DNA from: Rhizobiaceae bacterium
GTDB taxonomy: Bacteria > Pseudomonadota > Alphaproteobacteria > Rhizobiales > Rhizobiaceae
Length of the DNA stretch: 64,000 bases
Assembly: GCA_035547755.1 (NCBI GenBank)
Contig: DASZUG010000055.1
Location: 5,562-69,561 of the forward strand
Direction: 5' to 3'
The translations under genes were made by a program, and so were the position numbers. Below are positions 10,741-19,831 of this stretch, in pieces; the stretch's first letter is position 1, and each line of letters starts with the position of its first letter. The notes below the pieces were generated by a model. That model did no database searches and was not told the origin of the DNA. It saw nothing but the letters and a program-made list of their open reading frames with translations.

Positions 10741-11808
10741 TTAATCCTGTATCCAGCCTGAAAGTTCCCGCCGCACCAAGGCCTCGAGCACCTGCATGCC
10801 TTCCTCGGAATCGTTCAGGCAGGGGATATGCGCGAAGTTCTTGCCGCCGGCATGGTGGAAGGTCTCCGCGACCTCCATCGCAATTTCCTGCAGCGTTTCG
10901 AGGCAATCCGCAGCGAAGCCGGGATTGAAGATCGCAACCGACTCGATCCCTTCCTTGGCCAGCCTTTCGACCGTCTCGGCCGTATAGGGTTTCAGCCATT
11001 CCTCCGGGCCGAAACGGGACTGGAAGGTTGTGATCAACTGCTTCTCGTCCATGCCCAGCCGCTTGCGCAGGAGGCGTGTCGTCTTTTGGCAATGGCAGTA
11101 ATAGGGATCGCCCTTTTCGAAATAGCTTTTCGGAATACCGTGATAGGAGGCGATCAGGACTTCAGGTTTGAAAGAAAGCGTAGCGAGGTGCTTCTCGATC
11201 GATCGTGCCAGCGCCTCGATATAGGCCGGATCGTCATAATAAGGCGGGACGATGCGGATCGCCGGTTGAAAACGGCGCTTCATCAGCACTTCGAAGAACT
11301 TGTCGTTCACCGTCGCCGTGGTCGCCGCCGAATATTGCGGATAGAGCGAAAACATCAACATGCGGTCACAGCCCTCGGCGATCATCCTCACCGCGACGCT
11401 TTCGATCGACGGCTTGCCATAGCGCATGGCCCAGTCGACGACGACCGCCTCGTGCTCCTTCAGGGAGGCGGCGAGCTTTTCTCCCTGCGCGCGGGTGATG
11501 GTGCGAAGCGGCGATTCGTTCTGCTCGCGATTCCAGATCCTGTCGTAGAGCGCACCTGACCTTTTCGGCCTTACATTGAGGACGATGCCATAGAGGATCG
11601 GATACCAATAGGCGCGGGGCCATTCGATGACGCGCCTGTCGGACAGGAATTCCTTGAGATAGCGGCGCATCGAGGCTTTGTCTGTACCCTCGGGCGTGCC
11701 GAGATTGACAAGCAGGACGCCGACCTTGCCGGTGCGAACCGTGGGGTGGCCGGCGGGAAGACCAATCTCCCGTTCGGCAGATTCGGTGCTTGTTGTCGAT
11801 ACGTCCAC
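10741..11808 (-). CDS. hemH: Ferrochelatase
   Basis: LLVNLGTP, LYPQYSAAT, ASYHGIP, FQSRFG..EWLKPYT, GFAADCLETL. Confidence 0.97.
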   Translation of the reverse strand: MDVSTTSTESAEREIGLPAGHPTVRTGKVGVLLVNLGTPEGTDKASMRRYLKEFLSDRRVIEWPRAYWYPILYGIVLNVRPKRSGALYDRIWNREQNESPLRTITRAQGEKLAASLKEHEAVVVDWAMRYGKPSIESVAVRMIAEGCDRMLMFSLYPQYSAATTATVNDKFFEVLMKRRFQPAIRIVPPYYDDPAYIEALARSIEKHLATLSFKPEVLIASYHGIPKSYFEKGDPYYCHCQKTTRLLRKRLGMDEKQLITTFQSRFGPEEWLKPYTAETVERLAKEGIESVAIFNPGFAADCLETLQEIAMEVAETFHHAGGKNFAHIPCLNDSEEGMQVLEALVRRELSGWIQD

Positions 11809-11896
11809 GGATCGCCTCCAGATGTCGCCTAGTTAACGAATGGAGGGGAGATTTCAATGCCGCCCGTGGCCGCAGGCCGCCAGCGATTTCCGATCC

Positions 11897-13903
11897 TCAA
11901 GGAACGATCAGCGTATCGCCGGGGTGGATCGGCTTGCCCTTGAGCGCAGGATTTGCATTGGCGATTGCCTTCCAGCGGTCGCCGTCGCCATAGAGGATGC
12001 GGGCGATCTTCCAAAGACTGTCGCCCCGCTCGACCGTATAAGTACGTGAGGAGTTTTCTTTCGGAGCCGCAACAGTATGAGGTCGCTTTGCGGGAGCCTG
12101 CGGCGCGGGTTCGGCCGGGATGACCGGCGGCTGGAACGCGATGGTTCCCGACATGGCGGGAAGATCGGGTATCTCGGTCTTGCCTATGGCTGCGGCAGGT
12201 GACGTAACCTTTGCGGGCGCAGCGTTCGCGGAAGCGCTCGCTTCGGCGGGAGCGGCCAACTCCTGCTCTTTCTGCAGGCGATTGATCACGACCGGCGTGA
12301 CATTCTGGATGCGGCCGTCGAGATGGGGTGTATAGGGTTGATGCTTCTGCAGGTAATCGACAAGCACATCCGCCAGATTCGGCCCGAAATCATAGGCGTC
12401 CTTCGCCTTGTCGCGAAAAACGGCGTAGCCGTCGCCGCCGGCGCGCATGTAATTGTTTGAGACGACCAGATAGGTTTTCGCGGGATCAATCGGCTTCCAG
12501 CCAGCGCCATCGAGAATTTCGACCGATTTGATCCGGCCGCCATTCGGCGGCATGGATCGGTCGAAGGTGTAGCGGAGGCCCGCAACCTGGGGGAAACGGC
12601 CGGCATTGTCTTCGATCTGACTGACGCCGTTCTCGAGTGCGGAGATGATATCCTTGCCGGAAAGCTGGAAGGTGGCGAGCGTGTTCTGGAAGGGCAACAC
12701 ATCCAGCACGTCGCCCATCGTCACCTGGCCATCTCCGATGGAGGCCCGGAGGCCGCCGCCATTGATGATGGCGATCGTCACGCCCTGTTTGCGCACTCTC
12801 TCCAGCATGGCATCCGCAACGAGATCGCCCATCGTGCATTCCCGCTTGCGGCAAGTCTCGCGATTGCCGTCTATCGGCGCGGTCGTTTCGGCGACAGGCT
12901 TCGACTTAACGGCGGCGATCGGGCCCGCCAGTTCGCGAACACGCGCCAGCACCCCCTGATCGGGCTTGATGCCCGCATCGAGCGGGATCGGGTCGCCGGA
13001 GGCTTCCTTCACCACACCCTTGTCGTCAAAGGTGACGGTGACTTCACCCAGATATTTGGAATAGGAGGCGGCGGTGACGATGGGCACCTCATAACCTTCG
13101 GGGTTCTGGACGAAAGTCGGATAGGGACCGGCTGCCTTAGGATCTGTGTTCGACAGCAGCGTGTGGGAATGGCCGCCGACAACGACGTCCACGCCCGGTA
13201 TTTTGGCAATTGCAGTCATGTCCCGGTGGTAGCCGACATGGGTGAGCGCGATGATCTTGTCGACGCCCTGATTCCTGAGGTCGCTTATGGCTTTGGCGAT
13301 CGCCTGGACATCATTGCCGATCAGGACATGCGGTCCAGGCGAGGAAATGACATCGGTGTCGTTGACCACTGCGCCGACAATACCGATTTTCTGGCCGCCG
13401 ACGGTCAGCACGACATAGGGCTTTACACGGTTGCCGATCCTGGCGTGGATATCCGGCAGCACATTGGCTCCCAGAACCGGAAAATGGACCTTTTCGAGAA
13501 ACGCTGCGAGCCCTTCCTCGCCATCATCGAATTCGTGGTTGCCGACGGTCATCGCGTCGACCTTGAAGAGATTGGTGAACTCGGCCTCCACCGCCCCCTT
13601 GTAGGTCGTGTAGAAAAGCGATCCTTGGAAATTGTCGCCGGCATCCAGCAAGATGACGTTCTTGCCGGCAAATTTCTGCCGCTCCTGGTCGATGGCGGCC
13701 TTCAGCCGCGCCGCGCCACCAATGCAGGCGTTCTTACGTTCATCATCGGTGGTACAGGTCGCATCGAATTTGTTGATCGGTTCGATGCGGCTGTGCCAGT
13801 CGTTGAAGTGCAGGATCGTCAAGCTGTAATCGGCAAGCGCCGCAGCCGTCGAAAAGGCCAGGAGCGGCGCCGCCAGGAGGGCCGCGAGGGCCGTCTTTCT
13901 CAT
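11897..13903 (-). CDS. Periplasmic 5'-nucleotidase (UshA family) with C-terminal LysM domain
   Basis: HFNDWHS, DAGDNFQG, GNHEFD, GGHSH metallophosphoesterase motifs; NGGGLR; Pro/Ala linker; YTVERGDSLWKIA LysM. Confidence 0.93.
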   Translation of the reverse strand: MRKTALAALLAAPLLAFSTAAALADYSLTILHFNDWHSRIEPINKFDATCTTDDERKNACIGGAARLKAAIDQERQKFAGKNVILLDAGDNFQGSLFYTTYKGAVEAEFTNLFKVDAMTVGNHEFDDGEEGLAAFLEKVHFPVLGANVLPDIHARIGNRVKPYVVLTVGGQKIGIVGAVVNDTDVISSPGPHVLIGNDVQAIAKAISDLRNQGVDKIIALTHVGYHRDMTAIAKIPGVDVVVGGHSHTLLSNTDPKAAGPYPTFVQNPEGYEVPIVTAASYSKYLGEVTVTFDDKGVVKEASGDPIPLDAGIKPDQGVLARVRELAGPIAAVKSKPVAETTAPIDGNRETCRKRECTMGDLVADAMLERVRKQGVTIAIINGGGLRASIGDGQVTMGDVLDVLPFQNTLATFQLSGKDIISALENGVSQIEDNAGRFPQVAGLRYTFDRSMPPNGGRIKSVEILDGAGWKPIDPAKTYLVVSNNYMRAGGDGYAVFRDKAKDAYDFGPNLADVLVDYLQKHQPYTPHLDGRIQNVTPVVINRLQKEQELAAPAEASASANAAPAKVTSPAAAIGKTEIPDLPAMSGTIAFQPPVIPAEPAPQAPAKRPHTVAAPKENSSRTYTVERGDSLWKIARILYGDGDRWKAIANANPALKGKPIHPGDTLIVP

Positions 13904-13971
13904 TCTTCCATTCTCCGCCCGCCAAACGGGGCCATACCGGCTCTCGGAATAGGTCGCGGAGATTTCCTAAC

Positions 13972-14367
13972 CTAAGCCTGCCGGCGATTGAGCACGAAAC
14001 GCGTTCCCGACGCCAGGGTGCAGTTCATCTGACTTCTGGAGACCAGCAGGCAGGCCGCCGTGGTCCGCTTCTGGCTCTTTATCGAATAGAAATCGAGATC
14101 GATCGTCGATTGGTCGCGGACGGAATAGGTTCCGCTCGTCAACTGCTCGCCGGTCTGGACGGAGCGGGATTCGAAGGAGCCGTTTCGAAGCGTCGAGACA
14201 GCGACGCCATCGGTGCCGATCCATTGTCCGTCAAAGGGCGACGAGGCCACCGGAGCGACCGCCGGCCCCTCCAATCCGTGAGGCCTTGACTGGCAGCCCG
14301 CAAGCACCATTGCGAGTCCACTGAAAGCGGCCAGAGCGGCCACGCGCGCGTTCATCATCCCGATCAT
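13972..14367 (-). CDS. omp10: Outer-membrane lipoprotein Omp10 homolog
   Basis: Lipobox LAGC, GQWIGTDG, two C-terminal Cys (CLLVSRSQMNC), RFVLNRR; SD GAGGAGAGG; hss-omp10-hemH neighbourhood. Confidence 0.75.
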   Translation of the reverse strand: MIGMMNARVAALAAFSGLAMVLAGCQSRPHGLEGPAVAPVASSPFDGQWIGTDGVAVSTLRNGSFESRSVQTGEQLTSGTYSVRDQSTIDLDFYSIKSQKRTTAACLLVSRSQMNCTLASGTRFVLNRRQA

Positions 14368-14465
14368 CCTCTCCTCGGTCCGATTGCTTCCGTCTTGGCC
14401 CGAAAAGACCTCGAAAGCAAGGACGGCCCTGCGGCGCACCATCGCACCGACGCGTGGAGGAATGC

Positions 14466-15911
14466 TCAGCGGACCAAAACGTTGCGAAATTGCCACGGGT
14501 CGTGGGTGTCAATATCCTCCTCGAAGAGGCCGGGCCGTCCTTCGAGCGGGGTCCAATCCGTATAATAGCCCTTCACGGGACCGAGATAAGACGACTGGAT
14601 TTCGAGGCAGCGCCGGTAATCCATCTCGTCGGTCTCGACGATGCCAGCCTTGGGATTTTCAAGCGCCCACACCATGCCGGCCAGCACCGCGGAAGTCACC
14701 TGCAGGCCGGTGGCATTCTGGTAGGGGGCGAGTTTGCGGGTTTCTTCGAGCGAAAGTTGCGAACCATACCAATAGGCATTCTTCGCATGGCCGTAGAGGA
14801 GTACGCCCAATTCATCGATGCCGTCGACCAGTTCGTTCTCGTCGAGAACATGCTGGACCGGCTGCGGCTTTCCCCCGGCGCCGAACATCTCGCCCAGTGA
14901 CAGAACGGCATCGTTGGAAGGATGGTAAGCGTAGTGGCAGGTCGGGCGGTAGCTCACTTTCTCCTTCTTGTCCCTGAGCGTGAAGAATTCGGCGATCGAA
15001 ATCGATTCGTTGTGCGTGACCAGAAATCCGTATTGCGGGCCCGGGGTCGGACACCACGTCCTGACGCGCGTGTTGGCGCCCGGCTGCTCCAGATAGATCG
15101 CCGTCTTCGGGCCGTGTTTTTGCTTCTGCGCGTTCTTCGGCAACCATTTCTCGTGCGTGCCCCAGCCGAGTTCGGCGGGCTGAAGACCCTCGGCGACAAA
15201 GCCTTCCACAGACCATGTGTTCCAGAAGACGTTCATCGGCTTTGGCTTCTTCGTGCGCTGCGTGTCGCGCTCTGCGATATGGATGCCCTTGACCCCGGCC
15301 TTCTTCATAAGTCTCGCCCAGCCATGGCGGTCTGAGGCCGCCGGTTCCTCGAATTCCAGCCGCAAGTCGCGCGCCAGATCGACAAGCGCCTTCTTCACGA
15401 ACCAGGACACCATCCCAGGATTGGCGCCGCAGCAGGATACGGCGGTCGTACCGCCCGGATGCTTCGTCTTTTCCGCCACGACCGTCTGACGGAGCGCATA
15501 GTTCGTGCGAGCGGCATTGCCGGCTTGGGCGTCCAGGTAGAAACCCGGCCATGGTTCGATAACCGTATCGATATAGAGGACGCCGAGCTTGCGGCAGAGT
15601 CTCATGATGTCGAGCGACGAGGTGTCGACGGAAAGGTTGACACAGAAACCCTGGCCCGCGCCGTTGGTCAGGAGCGGCGTCAGCAATTCCTCGTAATTCT
15701 TCTTCGTGACGGCTTCCTGGACAAAAGCGATGCCGCGGTCGTCGAGCAGCTTCCTGTTTTCATCGTTCGGGTCGATCACAACCAGGCGCGACTTGTCGAA
15801 TTTGAAATGCCGCTCGATGAGGGGCAGCGCACCCCGGCCGATCGAGCCGAAGCCGATCATCACGACGGGACCGCTGATCTCTCCATGGATAGGCCAATTC
15901 GCTTTCGCCAT
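14466..15911 (-). CDS. hss: Homospermidine synthase
   Basis: MIGFGSIG, CCGANPG, NTWSVEG, LVTHNES, YRPTCHYAYHP, NATGLQV. Confidence 0.95.
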   Translation of the reverse strand: MAKANWPIHGEISGPVVMIGFGSIGRGALPLIERHFKFDKSRLVVIDPNDENRKLLDDRGIAFVQEAVTKKNYEELLTPLLTNGAGQGFCVNLSVDTSSLDIMRLCRKLGVLYIDTVIEPWPGFYLDAQAGNAARTNYALRQTVVAEKTKHPGGTTAVSCCGANPGMVSWFVKKALVDLARDLRLEFEEPAASDRHGWARLMKKAGVKGIHIAERDTQRTKKPKPMNVFWNTWSVEGFVAEGLQPAELGWGTHEKWLPKNAQKQKHGPKTAIYLEQPGANTRVRTWCPTPGPQYGFLVTHNESISIAEFFTLRDKKEKVSYRPTCHYAYHPSNDAVLSLGEMFGAGGKPQPVQHVLDENELVDGIDELGVLLYGHAKNAYWYGSQLSLEETRKLAPYQNATGLQVTSAVLAGMVWALENPKAGIVETDEMDYRRCLEIQSSYLGPVKGYYTDWTPLEGRPGLFEEDIDTHDPWQFRNVLVR

Positions 15912-16051
15912 TCCGCAAAACCCTCTCTCGTTCAAGGCATAGTCGATCGACCTTGGGTGGCTAACCCATATGCCCGTCACAATAAAGGGGATTCCGGAAA
16001 AGAAGGTTTCCGGTAAACGGCGGCGTCAGGGAGTAAATCCGGTCCTTCTTG

Positions 16052-17911
16052 CTAGTCGAGCGCCTCCAACTCGCTGATCAGCCCATCGATAACGGACAGG
16101 CCTTTCTGCCAGAATGCCGGATCGGAGGCATCGAGCCCGAAAGGTTTCAGCAGTTCTGAATGATGCTTGGTGCCGCCGGCCTTCAGCATCTCGAAATACT
16201 TCTCCTGAAATCCCTTTTCGGCGTTCTGGTAGACTGCATAGAGCGAGTTCACCAGGCAATCGCCGAACGCATAGGCATAGACATAGAAGGGCGAGTGGAT
16301 GAAGTGCGGGACATAGGTCCAGAACGTCTCGTAGCCTTCCCGCAGCCTAATGGCGGGACCAAGGCTCTCCGCCTGCACCTCCAGCCAAAATTCGCCGATT
16401 TGGTCGGACGTCAATTCGCCCTTCTTGCGCTCGGTGTGCACCTTGCGCTCGAATTCGTAGAAGGCGATCTGGCGCACGACCGTGTTAATCATGTCCTCGA
16501 CCTTCTGCGCCAGCATGGCCTTGCGCTCGCGCGGCGCCGTCGTGTGGTCGAGCAGTGAGCGGAAAGTCAGCATCTCGCCGAAGACCGACGCCGTCTCGGC
16601 GAGCGTCAGCGGCGTCGAGGCCATCAGCGGACCCTGGGCGCCTGCCAGAACCTGATGCACGCCATGACCAAGCTCATGCGCGAGTGTCATGACATCCCTC
16701 GGCTTGCCCATATAATTCAGGAGCACGTAGGGATGGACGGAGGGAACCGTCGGATGCGCGAAAGCACCCGGCGCCTTGCCGGGGCGTACCGGCGCATCGA
16801 TCCAGCGGCGGTCGAAGAATGTTTGGGCGATATCCGCCATTTCCGGCGCGAAACGGCCATAGGCGGAGAGGACGGTATCCTTCGCGTCGTTCCACCCGAT
16901 TGTCGCCTGCGGCGTGTCCGGCAGCGGCGCGTTACGGTCCCAATGGTTCATCTGATCCATGCCGAGCCACTTTGCCTTCATGGCGTAATAGCGATGGGAG
17001 AGGCGTGGATAGGCATCGCGCACCGCGCTCGCCAGAGCATCCACCACTTCGCGCTCGACGCGATTGGCGAGGTGGCGCGAATCCGCGATGTCCTGGAAGC
17101 CACGCCAGCGATCGGAGATTTCCTTATCCTTGGCAAGCGTGTTGGTGATCAGCGTGAATGTGCGCAGATTGGCCTTGAAAACGGCGGCCAGCGCTTCCGC
17201 CGCCTTGCGGCGGGTTTCAGGATCGGCGTCCTGAAGCTTGTTGAGGGTCGGTTCGAGCGTCAGTTCCTCGCCGTCGATCGAGAAGCGAAGACCGCTCATC
17301 GTCTCGTCGAAGAGCCGGTTCCATGCGCCGCGTCCGGTGACGGATTTTTCGTGGAAAAGCTGCTCGATCCGATCTTCCAGCTGGTAGGGCTTGTCTTTCC
17401 TCAGATCGAGCACCCAGGGACGGTAATGGCCGAAAGCGGGGTCGGCATCGAGGGCCGCCGCGATCATATCGTCGCCGACCGTGTTCAGTTCCAGTTCGAA
17501 GAAGATCAGATGCGCGCTGGCGTCCGTCATCTTCTCCTGGATGTCGCCATAGAATTTCGCCCGCTTGGGATCGGACGTGTCGCCTGAATAAAGGAGACCG
17601 GCATAGGAATAGAGCCTGGCGATCAATTCCTGGATCGCCTCATAGGATTGCAAGGCCTCGCCGAGAGCGCCCTTTTCACGGCGTCGGGCTTCCACTCCCA
17701 GCGTGCCCTTCCAGCGCTTTTCGAAAGCTGCCGCGTCCGACGCCACTTTTTCGAGATCACGCGCCAGTTCCGGCGAATCCGTCGCGGGATAGAGATCGGA
17801 AAGATTCCATTCGGGCAGATCGCCGAGAAGGTTTCTGCTGTCGGCTTTTGCCGCCGTGCTGCGGGGGGACGGCTGGCTTGATTGGCCGCCCTGGCTATCG
17901 GCAAATGACAT
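16052..17911 (-). CDS. pepF: Oligoendopeptidase F (peptidase M3B)
   Basis: LPEWNLSDLY, TLAHELGHGVH zinc motif, AETASVFGE, HFIHSPFYVYAY. Confidence 0.93.
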   Translation of the reverse strand: MSFADSQGGQSSQPSPRSTAAKADSRNLLGDLPEWNLSDLYPATDSPELARDLEKVASDAAAFEKRWKGTLGVEARRREKGALGEALQSYEAIQELIARLYSYAGLLYSGDTSDPKRAKFYGDIQEKMTDASAHLIFFELELNTVGDDMIAAALDADPAFGHYRPWVLDLRKDKPYQLEDRIEQLFHEKSVTGRGAWNRLFDETMSGLRFSIDGEELTLEPTLNKLQDADPETRRKAAEALAAVFKANLRTFTLITNTLAKDKEISDRWRGFQDIADSRHLANRVEREVVDALASAVRDAYPRLSHRYYAMKAKWLGMDQMNHWDRNAPLPDTPQATIGWNDAKDTVLSAYGRFAPEMADIAQTFFDRRWIDAPVRPGKAPGAFAHPTVPSVHPYVLLNYMGKPRDVMTLAHELGHGVHQVLAGAQGPLMASTPLTLAETASVFGEMLTFRSLLDHTTAPRERKAMLAQKVEDMINTVVRQIAFYEFERKVHTERKKGELTSDQIGEFWLEVQAESLGPAIRLREGYETFWTYVPHFIHSPFYVYAYAFGDCLVNSLYAVYQNAEKGFQEKYFEMLKAGGTKHHSELLKPFGLDASDPAFWQKGLSVIDGLISELEALD

Positions 17912-18073
17912 GATGTCCTCTCTCGGCGTTGGCTGGTCGATGGTCGGAGAACGGATTCCCGACAGGCGGAAACAAATCATTCACCGGGTTTTCTGAAGCC
18001 TTTATTTAGAACCCTGTGCCAATCTGATCCAGAGATCAAAGCCGTGTGACACGCTAAAAATCCACCAAGGTCG

Positions 18074-19594
18074 ATGGCAGGCACCATTCTCATTGTCGAT
18101 GACGATCCGGTCCAGCGCAGGCTGCTCGACGCGGTCGTCTCCAAATCCGGATACCGTACGCTTCTCGCGGAGGGCGGTGAGGCGGCTTTGCGCATGCTGG
18201 AAGGCGAAACCGGCGAAGATGTCGCTGTCATCATCCTCGATCTGATGATGCCTGGGATGGATGGGATCCAGGTTCTTGGAACCCTGCGTGAGCGCAATCT
18301 CACGCTGCCCGTGATCGTGCAAACGGCCAAGGGCGGCATCGATACCGTCGTCACCGCGATGCGTAACGGCGCGTTCGATTTCGTCGTGAAGCCGGCCTCG
18401 CCGGAACGGCTGATGACGGCGGTGAACGGCGCATTGAAGCTGGGCGCGTTCGAAGGCGATGCCAAGCAAAAGCAGCAGCGTGGCGTTGGCGCCCTCTCGT
18501 TTCGCGACATCATCACCCGCAGCCCGGTCATGGAACGCGTCGTGAGGTTGGGCAGGAAGGCGGCGGCTTCCAACATACCGATCCTTATCGAAGGCGAATC
18601 GGGCGTCGGGAAGGAACTTGTCGCGCGGGCCATCCAAGGGTCGAGCGAGCGGAACGGAAAGCCGTTCGTCACCGTCAATTGCGGCGCCATCCCGGACAAT
18701 CTGGTGGAAAGCATTCTTTTCGGTCACGAGAAGGGCGCCTTCACCGGCGCAACGGAGCGGCACGTCGGCAAATTCGTCGAAGCCGATGGCGGAACGCTGT
18801 TCCTCGACGAGATCGGCGACCTGCCGCTCGACGTCCAGGTCAAGCTGCTTCGCGCGGTGCAGGAGGGAGAAGTCGATGCCGTCGGGGCCCGCTCAACGCA
18901 GAAAGTGGATATTCGCCTGATCTCGGCGACCCATCGCGACCTCTTGCAGCGGGTGCGCGATGGAAAGTTCCGCGAGGATTTGTTCTATCGGCTCAACGTC
19001 TTTCCCATCTTCGTGCCTCCGCTCCGTGACCGTCCCGAGGACATCCCCTATCTGGTCGATCATTTCATCCAGCGCATGGGAACGTCCGGTTCCGGCAAGA
19101 AGGTGACCGGGATAAACCCGGAGGCGCTATCGTTGCTGACGGCGTATGACTGGCCGGGAAATATCAGGCAATTGGAAAATGCCGTCTTCCGCGCCGTCGT
19201 TCTCAGCGAAGACAGCCTGCTGACGGCGGATGAATTTCCGCAGATCCGCGCCCAGGTCGAGGGAATCGACCTGACCTCACAAGGCGGGGGCGCACATGCG
19301 GAGAACAACGGGGAGGCGATAAGCCGGCACGTACGGCTCATGGAGCAGGTCCAGCACGAGCGACCTGAAAAACAGGATTTCGGCATTGTGAGGGCGTTGG
19401 ACGAGCGCGGAAACGTGCGGCGTCTCCTTGATGTCGAACGGGAAATGATAAAGCTGGCGATAGACCATTATCAGGGTCAGATGAGCGAGGTTGCGCGCCG
19501 GCTTGGCATCGGCCGCTCGACGCTCTACCGCAAGCTCAAGGAACACGGCATCGACCCCGAGGCCAAGACGGATAGGCTGGCTTCCGTTTCCTGA
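18074..19594 (+). CDS. Sigma-54-dependent response regulator (REC-AAA+-HTH; TacA-like)
   Basis: ILIVDDD, LDLMMP, GESGVGKE, GAFTGA, LFLDEIGD, WPGNIRQL, C-terminal Fis HTH. Confidence 0.93.
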   Translation: MAGTILIVDDDPVQRRLLDAVVSKSGYRTLLAEGGEAALRMLEGETGEDVAVIILDLMMPGMDGIQVLGTLRERNLTLPVIVQTAKGGIDTVVTAMRNGAFDFVVKPASPERLMTAVNGALKLGAFEGDAKQKQQRGVGALSFRDIITRSPVMERVVRLGRKAAASNIPILIEGESGVGKELVARAIQGSSERNGKPFVTVNCGAIPDNLVESILFGHEKGAFTGATERHVGKFVEADGGTLFLDEIGDLPLDVQVKLLRAVQEGEVDAVGARSTQKVDIRLISATHRDLLQRVRDGKFREDLFYRLNVFPIFVPPLRDRPEDIPYLVDHFIQRMGTSGSGKKVTGINPEALSLLTAYDWPGNIRQLENAVFRAVVLSEDSLLTADEFPQIRAQVEGIDLTSQGGGAHAENNGEAISRHVRLMEQVQHERPEKQDFGIVRALDERGNVRRLLDVEREMIKLAIDHYQGQMSEVARRLGIGRSTLYRKLKEHGIDPEAKTDRLASVS

Positions 19595-19736
19595 AGCCGT
19601 TTGCGCGCCGGCGTGGATAATGGGTCGTTCAGGATTGTGATTTTCCCTTATTTTTCATATGCATTGCATTTACCACGCTTCGTCGGAACACGATGCAGTC
19701 ATGCTCTTGCCATGCTCTGACCGCATTTGGTCTCCA

Positions 19737-19755
19737 CTAAGTGTGAATTAACCAT
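19737..19755 (+). promoter_or_regulatory. Putative CtrA box upstream of DUF882 gene
   Basis: CTAA-GTGTGAA-TTAAC (one mismatch to TTAA-N7-TTAAC), including TTAACCAT. Confidence 0.55.
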
Positions 19756-19831
19756 TCGCAGCGATAGTCGGGAGGTGATCCATCTTCCGAGTGTCAGGTT
19801 CGGGGACATCGGTAGCCTTTAGGCCGTTGAT

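Noticed and set aside
17980-18030. CtrA box upstream of the TacA-like gene
   Set aside because: The best alignments have too many mismatches.
19690-19715. Sigma-54 -24/-12 promoter near the activator
   Set aside because: TGGCA is present on the minus strand, but the GC is not at the required spacing.
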